Assembly: GCA_013239625.1 (NCBI GenBank)
Contig: MU054400.1
Span: 1,833,345-1,897,344, forward strand
Reading direction: 5' to 3'
From: Lama guanicoe
Lineage: Eukaryota
DNA: 64,000 nucleotides
Within the stretch, counting starts at the first letter, position 1; each line of letters begins with the position of its first letter. Under the pieces are notes generated by a model, which saw only the letters and a program-made list of their open reading frames with translations, was not told where the DNA came from and searched no databases. A program made the position numbers and the translations under genes. Of this stretch, positions 27,357 through 41,514 are shown in pieces.

Positions 27357-28269
27357 GTTCCAGGCCACCAGGTGGGTTCTAGGTCTCTGCTCTTCAGAGC
27401 ACCACCCTCAGTCCAGCAATATTGCAGCAAACTCAGCATCGCCTGGGAGGGAGCTTGTTGGAAACACAGAATCTCAGGCACTGTCCCTAATCTGCATTTT
27501 AGAAGATCCCTCAGTTATTCATATGCTCATTCAAGTTTGAGAAGCATTGGTCCAGGGGAATTTCTCCAATCTGGGAAAAGTGCAGAAATTGTATCTGTCT
27601 CCAGAAGTCACCAGAAAAAAAAAAAAAAAAGCCTACTTTCCCTTGAGAACTCTCTATTCCTCAACCCAGAAGAGTCAGTTTTTTCCAATGTGGAGAACAC
27701 AAACTGAGATGCTCAGCGTCGCTGCTTCAAGACAAGGAAGCCAGTTTACAGCCTCATGTTCTGCTCTGTTCCCCTCCTGCCTGGAAATCTGGACAGCGTT
27801 CTCTAGCCATTTAAGCTCCTATCATTACCACTTCTGTGCATTAAGCCCAGCTCTTGCACTAAACAAAAGGCCACCCAGGCCCAGCACAAGGGCTGGAAGC
27901 TCGTTCAGGCTCAGGTGTGTGAGGGGGCGGAAGTGTAGCTGCCAGCCCCACACCCCTCTCTTCAGGGAAGGAGCTAGGGGGTGAGCACTGGATCTGTCCC
28001 TCACCTTCCAACCCTGGAACTCTAGCAAACTGGCCCAAACCCTCCACTCACTTTCTCCTGAAGTTTCTGAGGGTAGAGGCCATTGTTCACACCCTACCGT
28101 GCTGCCTAAGCCAGTACCTGGCACACTCGGTGTTACTGAATGAATAAACGAGGCATTGCTTTCTCTCACGGAAAACCTGTTCCAGAAACTAACAGTGAGC
28201 CTCAGGTAAGACAGCACAGTCCTCATGTTAGAGATTCCTCAAACATAGTAGAATAGTAAAAAAACAAAA

Positions 28270-28925
28270 AAAAAAAACCTTATGTCTACACAAAAATGTG
28301 TACATAGTGCTTACAGCAGCTTTACTCATAACTGCTAAAAATTGGAAACAACCAAGATGTCCTTCAATAGGTAAATGGACAAAAAAAAATTGGTGCATCC
28401 ATATAATGGGATATCATTTAATGATGAAAAGAAATTAGCCTTTAAGTCATGAAAGAAATGAAGGAAACATAAATGCATATTGTTAACTGAAAGAAGCTAG
28501 TCTGAACAGGCTACATGTATTGCGTACAAATGACATTTTGGAAAAGGCAAAACTATAGTAACAGTGAAAAGATCAATGGCCACTGAGATGGAAGGAGGGA
28601 GTGAACAGATGAAAGACAGGATTGTAAGGGCAGTGAAACTATTCTGTGTGATACTGTAATGGTGGATATAGGACATAATTGTCAAAACCTATAGAAATAT
28701 ATAAGTCAAGGTGGAACCCTAATATAAACTATGGAATTTACTTGACAATAACATAGCACTATTTGGCTCATCAATTTAACAAATGTATGACACTAATTAA
28801 TGCAAGATGTTAGCAACAGGGGAAACCGGGTTGGGGGAGAGGTGATTATATGGAAACTCTACTTTCTGCTCAGTTTTTCTTTAAACCTAACACTACCCTA
28901 AAACGTAAAGTCTATTAATTTAAGA
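28270..28925 (+). mobile_element. L1MC/MD-type 3' end
   Basis: Contains 'aaattggaaacaaccaagatgtccttcaataggtaaatgga' and 'tgacattttggaaaaggcaaaactata', ending 'tttaaacctaacactaccctaaaa'. Confidence 0.85.
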
Positions 28926-29459
28926 AGTAAGAAAGGGAAGGGGGAGGCAGGCAGGGAGTGGGGAGGGAAGGAGGAAGCCAGCAGAACACCTCAGGGGACA
29001 TGCAGATAAACACTGCAACTCAGGAGGCTGACAAAGGAAATAAGTTCAAGAGAATAATCTTTTAATTATTCAAAATAAAAGTGAACATAAAGACCTTTTC
29101 TTTCATTATTTTGAGTTCCAAAGGGGAAATATACATTTTAAAGCAGTCTCCTCTCCAGTGGCCGAGACACGATTTTAGAGACACGATTTTAAGCCAAGTG
29201 TTTTCAGGAGCAAGCTGTCTTCATTAATCAATATTTCCAGAATTTAAATACACCTTCACTTAATACCTGCTTTTTTCCCTTAGTCTAGCCCATAATCTGC
29301 AACACTCGTTTCTCTAACAAGTGTTGTGAAATAGACAGGCCACGCCCTCTGGGCCCCAGGCAGCAGGAGAGGAGACACCAGCATCACCTCCACTTCTGAG
29401 ACTGGGATTGCATTTGCTTAGAACCTCCTGAGTGCCTGTCACTGAGGGCCATGCTCTTT

Positions 29460-29607
29460 TTTTCTTTTTTTTTTTTTAAATTTATTTGGTTGGGGGGGGT
29501 AATTAGTGATTTATTTATTTATATATTTTAATGGACGTACTGGGGATTGAACCCAGGACTTCATGCATGATAAGCACACACTCTACCACTGAGCTACACC
29601 CTCCCCA
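29460..29607 (-). mobile_element. tRNA-Ala-derived SINE (vic-1-like) with TSD, inserted in a MIR (~29410-29780)
   Basis: 'tactggggattgaacccaggac...ctctaccactgagctacaccctcccc'; TSD atgctcttt at 29451-29459 and 29608-29616. Confidence 0.88.
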
Positions 29608-29997
29608 ATGCTCTTTAAATTATCTCAGCTGTTCATCTGATTTAATCCACATGAGCCCCAGGAGCTAGTTGCTTTTCCATTTCCTAGGAGAGGAAGATAA
29701 AGCTTAGAGTGGTTGAGTAACTTACCCAAAGTCACACAGCAAGCTAACAGCAAAATTCAGGTTTGAACTCCAGCCTCACAGAGTCCAAAAAGAAAAGACC
29801 AGAGTTATGAAAAGAAGCAATGCTTTCATTTGAAAGAGGAAGAACCACAGAATGTTGGAGTTGGGAGGTACAGTAGAGAGAATCTGATCCAAGCCCCTCA
29901 TTTCAGAAATGGGAAACTGAAGCTCAGAGAGGTTAAAATGAGATAACATAAATTATTTCATTTTAACTGTGAATAAAGTTTAGAGTTGGAGCCAAGA

Positions 29998-30365
29998 TGT
30001 ATCAGTTAGGACAGGCCAGGTGACGCTGCAGTAACAAAGAATCCCAACGTGTCAGTGGGCTAATACACACAGGTTTATTTTCCACCTATAATACATAGCC
30101 AAGGGGTGGGCTTTTCTCATCATAGCTTAGGGATCCAGAATGATGAATTCTTCTCAATAGCCAGCTTCAGCAGTCACCATAGCAGTGGGAAGGGAATGTG
30201 GTAAATCCGACACTGGTTTTAAAATGTATGTCACTTCAGCTCATCAGCCAAAGGAAGTTAAAAATCACTGCCTAACATTAAGAGGAGAGGGAAGTGAAAT
30301 TCTACCAGGTACCCACAAGAATGAGAAATGAAATACCTGTGAAGAATCCTAATACCCATCACACA
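29998..30365 (-). mobile_element. Old MaLR LTR (MLT1I/J/K-like)
   Basis: Contains 'tgtatcagttaggacaggccaggtgacgctgcagtaacaaa...tcagtgggctaatacacacaggtttattt'. Confidence 0.7.
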
Positions 30366-33300
30366 AGGATAGTTGGACACTGGGCCAACACTTAATTAGC
30401 ATAACGTGCCAGATTCACCCTCTGAAAGAGCATTTTTAAAATACTCACCTAGAACAGCATGGCCACCCATTTTACAACCTTCACAAATTTACCTTGGGTG
30501 TCTCCGTAACAACTTAAAGAATTCAGTGAGTTTGGAGTCTACGATCTAACTGGAATCACCTGCTGATTATATGTTTTAAAATATATGAGAATATAGGGTT
30601 CCAAGAAAAATATGGCAATAGTCAATTAGGAGCTGCCATGTATACACAAGGAGAGCAAAGAGATCGTTTCTGTTTATTCAGTTGTTAATGCATCCAGGAG
30701 CTTAATAAGGAAGGTCGAATTCCTCCTGAAATTGCATACAAATGTCTACAGTGAGTTCAATAGTTAAAAAAAAAAAAAAACAACTTCAGGTCCAATGAAG
30801 CATAGATCGGCTTCCTAGTCCTGTCTATCTGTCAAGAGCCTTGGGCTGAGGGATCCTGAAGTTCCTGAGAATAATGTGACAGGGCAGCTCTCGGCCCATC
30901 TAAGATGATGGGATAATGCAGCTGGACCAAGAGCGGCTGAATGGTTTCTGCAGAAACTCGAGATCAGGTACAGTTATCATTTAGCGAGGCGTTGCTCAGG
31001 TAGAGAGAAATTTCCTCCTCCTAGGCAATAAAAAAAAGAAAACTAAACAAGGGCAAAGATGAATTTGCAAGAAGATTGTATCCATGTAGCCTACTACACC
31101 CCATGGGAGTCGACGTGACTCAGCCTTTGCAAGGCCCAGACACATGTAAAATACTGAAAAGAAATTCAACTCTCCAGTATTTGTTCTCAAGGAACATTTA
31201 AGAGAATCCAAGGTCTAGCCTACAACATTTCCCACACCCCTTTAAGCCTCTCTAAATCGTCTTGTACCCTCCAGGGGCTGTGAAAACGTTCACCCTCAAA
31301 TTTCCTCCCCATGGTACAACCACAGGCTTCATCTTTTATCTCCTCCCCTACTAAGATGTAGGTTGATGGCCTTATTTGCAGCAAGAAATCATTTTTTCCT
31401 CTTCAGGAGAAAGGAGGAGGAAGAAAGTGAAAAGTCAAAGCAGGCAGGTGGCTTGAACCTCATGTGTGCTTAGAACCGCAGAGGTGAAGTGGCTTTTAAA
31501 GGACACTCTGCAATGATGCAAGGCAGATCACTGCCCAAGAGCGTCCTGACAAAGTTGCAAAGTCTGGGGATGGACCGGGCTGGGTGAGGAAAGACGGGAT
31601 CCCACTGGACAATAGGTTAGTCTCAGAATATCTCCCACGACTCCGGCATACACATGCCTAGACATGACTGCCCCACGGGGAATTACAATTCAGTGTGTTA
31701 AGCAATATGACAATGATCATAACCAGGGCAGGAATAAAAGCCACAAAGCGCTGAGTGCCAACTGTATATGAGAGCCCACACTAAGAGCTGCACAGAGGTT
31801 ATGTCATTCGCTCCTTCCAACAATCCTAACACCGGCCTTATTTGGATGGATGACCTCCTAGAAATGTATGATTTCCGCCCACCTCCATTCCTAATTCTTC
31901 CAAACTGCATTTCCCTCCCTCTTTTCTCAAATCCTGCTCTTTATTCCGACAAAAGACCAATCCAGCGTGGTCCATAATTTTCATTCTGTGCAGGCCTGAT
32001 GCTTCACTTCAACAGTGTCATTCTAGAAGATTCCTGCACCAGTAGCCAGGCGATTAGCTGGTCTGTAGCCCACACGGCCCCTCAAACTCCTGAACCAACC
32101 TTCTGTGTGCTGGGAGGGTACACGTGCGCGCGCACACACAGACACACACAAGAAGGATTTATCAAAAATATTTAAAGACAGAAAGGCGTAGGCCGGGTTC
32201 CCCGACTATCACACTCCCCCATTCTTCAAGTGATTAGTCACAAAGGAGGACCAACATCTTGGTAATATTTACATCTCTACCAACTACACAGCAACCCAAG
32301 CCAAGGCTGTTGTGTATTTTTTTCTTATGAACCTAAAAATAGACAATGATTGACATGAATTTTAACAGCCATTATCAGCTATTACAAACCAGCCTCCTTC
32401 TTTAACTCTCCTCTGCCTTTTTTTGCTCTTGGCAGCAGACAGGAGCTCCCTGAAGGAAGGAAAATATCAGATGCAATCTACCAGCTCCTTGTACCCAAGG
32501 AATTTTGGCCCATTGTTTAGCAACGCACAACACAGAGCCTGATGGCCCGGCATAAATACATCAGAAAACACGGAAACTCCTGCTGAAAAGCGAGTATAAA
32601 AATGAGAACCCCTTCAGGGATTCACACTTAAGAATGCATGAAAAGATATTCATGACCGAACATAAAATGCAAAAAAGACTATAAGATGGAATGAACAATT
32701 CTGGTAAAATTCCCATTTTTACATATGTGTGCCTATATCTACCCATGCATTCATGTACACACAGAAACGACAAATAAAGACTTACAGGCTAAAAGGCTAA
32801 GTGTGGATGATATCTGCAGGAGACGAGAGCTTGTTACTTTTAGTTTTTCTTCATGCCTATTTGCATTTTCCAGCTTTTCTACAAATAACAAGCACTAGGT
32901 TGTCTATCAGTGTAATGTATTTCTTTCTAATCACTTTTTAATCACTGAGGTTTAATCACTGGTTTACTCTCTGAAGGTAACATACGGACTATTCTCCCAA
33001 GGCTAAGGGCTTCAAGCATCCTTAAGACTCACAAACCAAAAGCTCAGTGATCATCGTTAGCTGGAAGTCCGGCCTCCTTTGCACCCAGGAAGCAAAAGAG
33101 GCAAGAGATAAAAGTCTGGGTGCAGTGAAGATGTTTCTGATCTTAAAGTCCCAGTACAGACATAGAGTTCCCTGCCTCTGCCAACCAATGGCCCTGGACA
33201 AGTCACCAACCTTTCTGGTCCTCCATGTGCCCAACAGTGGGCTGGCCCAGACGACAGTGAGGATGCATTCCAGATCCGAGCTCCTGCAGTTCTGGGTTTC

Positions 33301-33639
33301 CACACTGCCTCCTCGGCAGAGGGCTGCCCCACTTTGTCCAACTTGAGTTGATTCATTCGCATCCGAACACAAATAGGAAGGGTGCACCCTGAATATTTAC
33401 ATCATGGGACTTGGCAGGAGCAGCTCTGGGATAACGAAAGATGCCGCTGAATGTGTCCATCACCCCTCCTCCAAGCCAACGCCTGCCGTGAGGGTGGGAC
33501 CAGAGCTGACAGAGGATTTTAGCTTGGAAAGTTTGTCGGGAATGGGGCAGGGCTGCGTGACTGGCTCTTGTTTTCTGTCCTGATGAAAATTCTGCCAATT
33601 TTATTCAGTCACAGATTAGATCAAAGAGTAAGCTCTGGG

Positions 33640-33940
33640 GTAGGGGGAGCATGTGAAAATTATCAAAGGGCATGCACTTATAATAGTAAGATAAATCAGT
33701 TCTGGGGATGTCATATACAGCATGGTGACTACAGTTAATACTGTATTGTGTACCTGAAAGTTGGTAAGAGAAGATTTTTAAAGTTCTCACTATACAAAAC
33801 CAAATTATAACTATGTGGGGTGTTGGATGTGTTAACTTTATTATAATCATTTTGTATATCTTATATATATAAATCAAATTGTTGCACTGTGCACCTGAAC
33901 CTTACACAATGTCTCATGTCAATTATACCTCAATAAGGCT
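33640..33940 (+). mobile_element. L1MA-type 3' end
   Basis: Contains 'ttctggggatgtcatatacagcatggtgactacagttaatactgtattgtgtacctgaaagttg...gtcaattatacctcaataag'. Confidence 0.85.
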
Positions 33941-34349
33941 GGGTTTGTGGGGAAGAAATAGAAAGATACCATGGTTGACCTCTAAGATCCATAGATTAAC
34001 TATCAATCGGGGTGGGGGGGAAGTAACTTCTGTTTTATTTTACATAGCCAATTTGTTATCTTTTGCAACAATTCTATCAAATTCCATTCCCCATTTCCAC
34101 ATCCCCCCAACACACATACACACTCTGAAAAGTTGGTTGTAATGTTTATGCAAGGCAGCCAGGGTTAGGAATCAGAAAAACTGATAAACAGTATTGTTTA
34201 GGATCTGTGTGCATCTTCAGATGTCCTAGAGCACGGGAAACAGTCCTTCTCAGCTTCTTCTGCCTCCAGCCACAGGACACTAAGTTTCCCTGCTTCCTCT
34301 ACCTCACACCTGCCAGCTCCCATCTCTTTCTACAAAGGGCCTCTCAATC

Positions 34350-34439
34350 TTTTTTTTTTTTTTAATAAAGGTATTGGGGATTGAACCCAGGACCTTGTGT
34401 GTGCTAAGCATGTACTCTACCACTGAGCTATTTCCCTCA
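34350..34439 (-). mobile_element. tRNA-Ala-derived SINE (short vic-1-like copy)
   Basis: PolyT then 'ggtattggggattgaacccaggaccttgtgtgtgctaagcatgtactctaccactgagctat'; degenerate TSD ggcctctcaatcttt / ggtctctcactattt. Confidence 0.85.
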
Positions 34440-35747
34440 GGTCTCTCACTATTTCCTCGCCATCTACATGGCCAAAAGTTGGAAAGGGAGAACAAGAGTC
34501 AGAGGCCACCAGAGCCAAAGAATTCTTTATGATGCACTGAAGTGCCCTGGAGGACTAGCCTGGAAGACTTACTGAGTTCAGGGCTCCACTGCAGACTTGG
34601 CAAACACATGCTTTCATGCAAACAAGGAGAACCAGCCCCCAAAGGTTCTACCCAGGCCCCCTGAGAGGGAGGAAAGCCAGGTAACAGGTAATAATCTCTG
34701 ATTAATTAATTGCATGTATCTCAAGAAAGGAAGTTGAGGTGGCTTTTCTCCTGCAAATCAAGGAAAGGTCCTGCTGGTAAGCCTCCCAGATAAGAGCGCA
34801 TCTTCCAACGCATGATTGCTGCTCCCCCAAGATCACACACAGCTGCACCTCAGAAAGTTGCTTCCTTGGGCCTTGGACAATGAACAGGATGCCAAAGGGT
34901 CCTCGTTTGGCGGTCAGTAGATATTAGCCAGCGTCTGCAAGGACACACTCCCATGAAGAGAACAGGCATATTCAGAAATGTAAACTGTATGCATCTGCTG
35001 TTCAAGCAGCTGAGTTTTTGTTGTTGTTGTTGTTTGTTTTTTATTTCCCTCCAGTTCATTTCATACTCAAATGCCATTCCCCCACATGAAAAAAGCCCTC
35101 CCCTCTAGCTACCAAAATTCAAAATTCTGTCATTGACGTGTTTGCCTGCACATGCTACAGACTTGGCTGCAGGACCTGTGGCTGCATTAGAGCCCTCACA
35201 GACCCCCGTACCCTCAGTGGCACCTCTGTCCTCTCATCTCATTTGGAAATTGATGATGTGCTGCCTCGCTCCTCTCACTGCCCTCAGGTGAGATGCTATA
35301 ACTCTGGCTCTATCACTTCTCTCAAACTTTCTTTTCTCAAGTAAATTTCTTCCCCTTCAAATTCTTCCTAGAACATCACAGAATAATTTCTACATAGTAA
35401 ATGATTGAAATGAGTAATTAAGCCACAGTGAAATATCTTTTTTAACTATAAATTTCACGAAGCCAAAAAATTCGAAAAAATAGCCAACCCTGTCAAGAGT
35501 GCAATGGAGGAATTAAACCCAGAAGAAGTCAATATTATACTGGGTATGTTTGAAACTTTTTAGATATTAATTTAGGGGATTTTTAAAACCCCTATTTTCT
35601 CTCCTCTTACTCAGACTTCTTCCCCCATTTAAAGAAGTAGCAGGCTCTGTGATTCCTAACCTCAGAGGATGTACATGGCAGAGTGAAAATTAATAGCTAG
35701 ATTTTGTTTTCAAATGTCTAAACCTACTGAGAAGAGGAGCATGAAAA

Positions 35748-36282
35748 GTGTTCCAGTTTTCTACTGCTGTGTAACAAACTGTTCCAAAAACAGAGGGGCT
35801 TAAAACAATAATTTCATATTATCTCTCATGATTCTGCACACTGACTGAGCTCAGCTAGATGGTTCTTGGCTGGGGTCCCTTACATTGTTGCAGTCACATG
35901 GTGGCTGCGGCTGGAAGCATCTGAAGGGATCTTCACTCACATCCTGGTGCCTGGCTGAGCTGGGCTGGCTGGAGTGGTTGGGAGCTACTGGAGTCTCCCC
36001 ATCTCCCCTTCTCCCTTTTCATGTGTCCTCTCTCTGCTTCTGGCTTGGGTTTCCTCACAGCGTGACAATCTCAGGCCAGACCTCTTAACTGGCAGCTTGC
36101 TTCCTCTGGGATGAGCATTCCCTTAGGGTCCCAGCAGAAGTCACCTTTCATGCAATGTCTATTCCACTGCATTCTGTCAGTTACAAGTAAGTCATTAAGG
36201 CCACATTCAAGGGAAGGGCAATTAGACTTTCCTTCTCAAAGGGAGGAGTAGCAAAGAATTGATGCCTATCTTTAACCCATCA
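35748..36282 (-). mobile_element. MaLR LTR (MLT1-type)
   Basis: Contains 'tgttccagttttctactgctgtgtaacaaac...ggcttaaaacaata...tctcatgattctg...gagctcagct'. Confidence 0.8.
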
Positions 36283-37589
36283 AACTCCTTCTAAATTAAA
36301 AAGAAGGAAGAGGACACGCGCTATAGACCTGGGCTTGCTCCCTGGATATGCTCTCTGTTGGCAGGAAAACATTAGGGAGGAGAGATGCGGTATATTGAGA
36401 GATCCATAGCCACAAGCACTGGGGTTTCTGGCCTCACCAGGTTGCCATGTCTTAAGAATATCCACCAACTCCCAGGGATGAGCTGATGTGGACATACAGC
36501 CAATGACGAACATGCCCAAGTTGGGGAAAGGTCAGGAAAAGACAGATAAGAAATTTCCAACCACCCTTGTAGGGTGGAAGATGGCATCAAAATTTTGTTG
36601 ATTTATGGAATATCTCTTCCAGCTTGGGTTTGGGGCCTGGCATCCCCTGGCATAACACTGGGTATCAGTCCCTAAGTTTTACTCCTTCCAATTTGAGCCT
36701 TCAGTAAAGAGTGATTCTGTGCCTCAAAGCTGAGCCCTCTGGTTATCTCCTTTCATTACAATTACCAGAGCAGAGTTAAGCTACCCACAAGCACACAGCA
36801 GCACATGAATTGAAAGATCAACCATTGAAGCACAGAGAAGACAGTGGAGAGGCTTATCCGGAGCTCAATCTGGAGATGGATTTTCCATTCCACGCTGGGA
36901 AAAAGTGAAGGAGGACAGCTACCCAGCTATAACCAACATAACACCCAATCTATCGTCCCCAGATTCTCCCCAGGCAGCTCCAAGAATGTCGCAATAAATT
37001 ATAGTCTACTGCATTGTTCCAAGACAATCAGTTACTGTGCAGGTCAGCAGCATATTTGGGAGTGCAGAAGTTCTGGGTCTACAGACATGAAGGTTAACTT
37101 CTCCTCCACCAGGATCCCAAAGAGTAGCCCCGACAGAAATGGGATGCTGAGCAGAAAGGCCATGAAGATGGTGGCCCAGGATGCTTTGAAAGCGCACAAT
37201 ATCCTACCCAGGACAAGAAGCCAGGCCAAGAGGCTAGAACACCCACTCCTGGTTTTGCAAGTTACCGGTTGAGAATGGAAGCAGCTGCCCCACTCCTGCT
37301 GTCCTTACATCTTCCTTTCTAGCATTTGCCTCCATCCAACTGGACACCCATTTATTAAGCTCCTATTCGCCCTCTGACTGTGGCTCTCTGCCTTGTCACC
37401 CAACTTCTGCCCTCCCCCACCAAGGAAAAATCAAGCAACACTCCATCAGCCCAGGGAAATCTCTACCAGTTTCTTCCCATGATGGGTCAGAAAAAGTTCT
37501 TACAAGAACTTCTGTGAGAAAATGTGAGACTCTTGAGTAACTACAACATACTCTTGTATACAATGACAACCACTCACATTTTTCAATAA

Positions 37590-37760
37590 AAGCAAACATT
37601 TTCAGCATGTATTATGTGCCTGGCACTGTGCTAAGCCACCTGCATGTATTAGCTCATTCAATCCTCACAGTCACTTTGATAGATACCATTGTTACTATCC
37701 CCACTTTACAGATGGGGAAACAGAGGCTCAGACAAGCATGAGCTGGATCCAAGACCTGAA
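37590..37760 (-). mobile_element. MIR SINE
   Basis: Contains 'tatgtgcctggcactgtgctaagc...ccccactttacagatggggaaacagaggctcaga'. Confidence 0.8.
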
Positions 37761-38899
37761 CGCTCTTCTGTGCCTCTCTAAAAGCTTCTGCCTTTTTCTA
37801 CCAAGTCACAGGCTCTCGAAGGACTGGTGTAAAAATTTTGAAAAGACTTCTTTCTCAGTAAGCTCTTCTGTTACCCAACCAACCAGTCTTCCCCACAGTT
37901 CCCTGATTATTCACTGGACTAAGTATAAAAGTGATGGACAGATACCTGCCCCTCAATTTTCTGATAGCCTTCCGTCCGGGTCAAGACCCATCCTAATCTT
38001 GTCCTCACCACATAAGGGACAAAACAGTCCCTGGGTCTTACTCATTTTTCACCAGGATCTTTTCTTTAACAAATGGAAAGATCAGGAAACCTTAGCTTCT
38101 CTTCCCAAAAACAACAGATTGGCTTCCTACAGTAACCACAGGCAGAAAAATGAGGCCAGGCCAGCCCAGAAGGGTGAGTTGCTTAGTAACTAGAACACAC
38201 ATTCCTGTGCCCCAAAGGCAAATGGTACATTCTGCTGGCCCTCAGGGTGTTTTAGAACAGGATTCTTAATGACACAGCTCCTCCCTGGAAAGCCTTGGAA
38301 CATTCGGGGTAAGAGTGGACATCTTTACCTTCTCACCTTCCTCCAGGGCTGTAACATCACCTGCCCAGCAGAGACTCAGCTTATTAGACAGTCAACTCCC
38401 AACTGTGTCTAAGGCTTCAGGCCATTTCCTCTCCCAGGCTTTTAACAAAGTCATTTTTGAGTAGGTAAGATGAGGCTAACCGTAATCATTTCAGTTAATA
38501 TATCAGAGGTTCAACTTTTCAATGATGGCTTGCTCGCCCTGTGAAAATGTATTAACAATCCTCATCTGGTACTGACTTCCTGGAGTATTCTGCAGTGTAA
38601 ACCAGTCCCGACTGATGCGGGGGGCGGGGGGGATGGCGAGAGAGCAAGGGATGGGAGGTTTGTTTGTTTTTAATTTATTAAGAACTGCTATGTGCAAGCC
38701 CTGGGCCAAGGGCTTCACCTGCGGTACCCAACCTGGCAACAGCACTATGATGCGGCCTCAGGGAAATACTCAGCAACTCTCAGATTCCAAATCCAAACTC
38801 CAGTTTGGATTGATTTCATTCCAAAGCCCATGTTTCTTCCATCCCATCATCCATCACACTGTCTCCTATCTGTGTCCAGAAATCTCACGCTAGTCCAGT

Positions 38900-39150
38900 G
38901 AAGGGGGAGGGAAGCAGACTGCAGTTTTAAATAGGATGGTCAGGGTAGTCCTCATTGGGTGAATGACATCTGAGCAAAGACTTGAAGGATGTGGAGGCAT
39001 TCAGCGTAGAGAAGAGCGAGGGAAATGCGTCCCAGGCAGGGCGGACAGGTAGGGCAAAGGAGCAAAGGCTGGAGTGTCAGGTGGGTCTGAGGCTGGAGCA
39101 GAGTCAATGACGGAGACAGAAGATGAGGGCAGAAAAGAGAAGGGGGCCAG
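38900..39150 (-). mobile_element. L2 fragment
   Basis: Contains 'taggatggtcagggtagtcctcattg...tgacatctgagcaaagacttgaagga...ccaggcagggcggacag'. Confidence 0.7.
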
Positions 39151-39734
39151 ATCCTGTCGGACCAAGAGAAGGCAGGCCCCACCCGCACCAAAAATCCAGC
39201 TCCCAATTCACTCTAACAATGACATGAAATATTATGTACCAGTTCCTCAGGGAGGGAGGGAGGGACGGAGGAAAGAAGTCCTCCAAAGCACAGACCATTA
39301 TTCTGCCAGATAACCCTCTGCAAAGCTGCATTACCATTTTTTTCTGGGTGAGTGGAGAGGTGGGTGGGGTGAAGATCATAAACCAGAGCTTCTTAATGTA
39401 GTATCTTAGGTGAGAAGTAAGCCATTTTAGGTACAACTATTTTACTAAAACTCACTATTATATATCATTTCATCTCAAAGTGGGGTGAACACTAAAAAAA
39501 AAAAATATGCAATTTTTCACACCCTCCATTAGACCCTGTCAAACTTTGAGTCTAAATACAGAAACCCTCTGGGAGCCAAGCTAGCCATTCACATTTTATC
39601 TCAGGTTATTCATGACTCTTCAAAATCTGCACTATTTCTGGAGTCAGTGTATGAACAGAAATGGACGTTTGTCAAACAACCCTCAACACATAAGGCAGGA
39701 CTGTTCTAGCCGCCCTACTTGTTTTTAAGGAATT

Positions 39735-40340
39735 TTTTTTTAATTGATGTAACATATCCAGTAAAGTACGCAAATCACATATAGCTCAATGAATGATGAC
39801 AAAGTGAGCAAATCTTTATAACCCCGCCCGGAAAAAGCAAGAAAACACTACTGCTGCCTCCAAAGCCCCTTCACAGCCTTCAGTCATCACCTCCCCCAAA
39901 GGCCTCCACCGCTGGTTTCTGTCACCAGTTTTGCCTATTTCTCGACTTGCAGTGAATGGAATCCTGTTGTTCTGTGTCCTGCTCTTTATTTCAACATAAT
40001 TTCTGACATTCATGCATGTTGTTGTGTAAAGTCGTTCACTTACTGCTCTACAGTACTTCCATGGTGTGAATACACACTTCATTAATCCACAATCTACTGT
40101 CGTACAGGGATGGACATGTGGGTAGTTTATCCAGTTCTCAGTTATTATAAATAAAGGTGCTATGAACCTACCTGTACATATACTTGGTGACCATATAGAA
40201 CTAGTTCTACTGGGAATACAGTTAGAAGTGGATTTGCTAAGACACAGTGTCTGTGTGTTTGCCTGTAGTAGACGCTGCCAGAGAGATTTCTAAAGTGGTT
40301 GTACCAATTTAGATTCTCACTGGCAGTGCATGAGAGTACT
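39735..40340 (-). mobile_element. Old L1 (L1MD/ME-type) 3' region
   Basis: Contains 'tttcaacataatttctgacattcatgcatgttgttgtgt' and 'tttctaaagtggttgtaccaatttagattctcactggcagtgcatgagagt'. Confidence 0.8.
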
Positions 40341-40414
40341 TTTTTGACATGTTTAATTAATACAGCTTTTGGATAAAGTGGATTCATATCCTACTACTGT
40401 TAAGACAAACACAT

Positions 40415-40625
40415 ATACACATTACTATATATAAAAAAGATAAACAAAGACCTACTGTAGAGCACAAGGAACTATATTCAATTTCTTGAAATAACCTATA
40501 ATGGAAAAGAATCTGAAAATATATGTGTGTATATATATGTATGTATGTATAACGGAATCACTTTGCTGTACACCTGAAACATTATAAATCAACTACACAT
40601 CAATAAAAAAGCAAAATTTAAAAAA
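40415..40625 (+). mobile_element. Lineage L1 3' terminus
   Basis: Contains 'actatatataaaaaagataaacaaagacctactgtagagcacaaggaactatattcaa...gaatcactttgctgtacacctgaaac...caataaaaaa'. Confidence 0.85.
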
Positions 40626-41514
40626 CAGACCAACAGAAAAGCAACCTTCTCTAGGCCAGTGATATAGCGTTTGCCATGACCAGTTAGAGGAATAGTCCTT
40701 GTGAGCAGCTGACCATGCTGGCTAAAAGAGGACTAGAAAACATTTCAATATCAAAATGTGGTCCAAACAAATCATTGCATTTGGCAGACATTAAGTGTTT
40801 GGTGGGCTACAAGTAACTCTACCCAACAAGTCAATTCATGCAGCTATGTAAGGCTGTATTTTAAAATAAACTGATCCTGTCGGGTATATCAAAGTATAAG
40901 TCCATCTTTTGAGGTGGCCAAGTGGTAGGAACTCTTGGAATTATGTAGGCCCCAAAGCATTTTCTCTCATTGTTCATGGTGCAGAAATCTAGGGAACCAG
41001 CCCTCTATTGTTCCAGATGCCAGAGCAGAATGGAAGGTCCACTCAAGGGGGAATGTTGGCTCTACTCACAGTTCCCCCAACATCCATGCACAGGGGAGAA
41101 GAGTGCCAACAACTGATGGGCAGAAATACAAGGACACAGCAGGTCCTTAAATGCTCACACAGTACATTAGCCCTGCCACCTGAATGTGACTCTAGTTAGT
41201 ACCGCATGCACACTTGAAATGTGCTCTGCGAACAGATCTGAAGTGTTCTCACCACACACAAAATAGCTATGTGAAATGATGGATGAGTTAATTAACTTGA
41301 TTGTGGTCATCATTTCATAACATATATTCAAACATCCCATTGTACACCTTAAATATGTTAAAAATTGTATTTGTTAATTATACTTCAGTAAAGCTGGAGG
41401 GAAATTTAGAAGAAAAGTCAACAAACAATACAGCTTTTTGGCATTTCAGGCTGTCACTCGTCAGAGAATTCAACTGTGAAAAAGACGGTTGTGTCCCCAC
41501 CAAAAGCCTGTTTC

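Noticed and set aside
30449..30470. Possible alternative FRMD3 first exon (minus-strand ATG...CTAG|gtgagt)
   Set aside because: The donor looks strong, but the first ATG gives phase 1 (exon 24245-24349 needs phase 0) and the second ATG hits TAG. No promoter evidence.
36844..38193. 142-aa and 151-aa ORFs
   Set aside because: No domain similarity or splice context, antisense to the host gene, and lengths compatible with chance in 64 kb.
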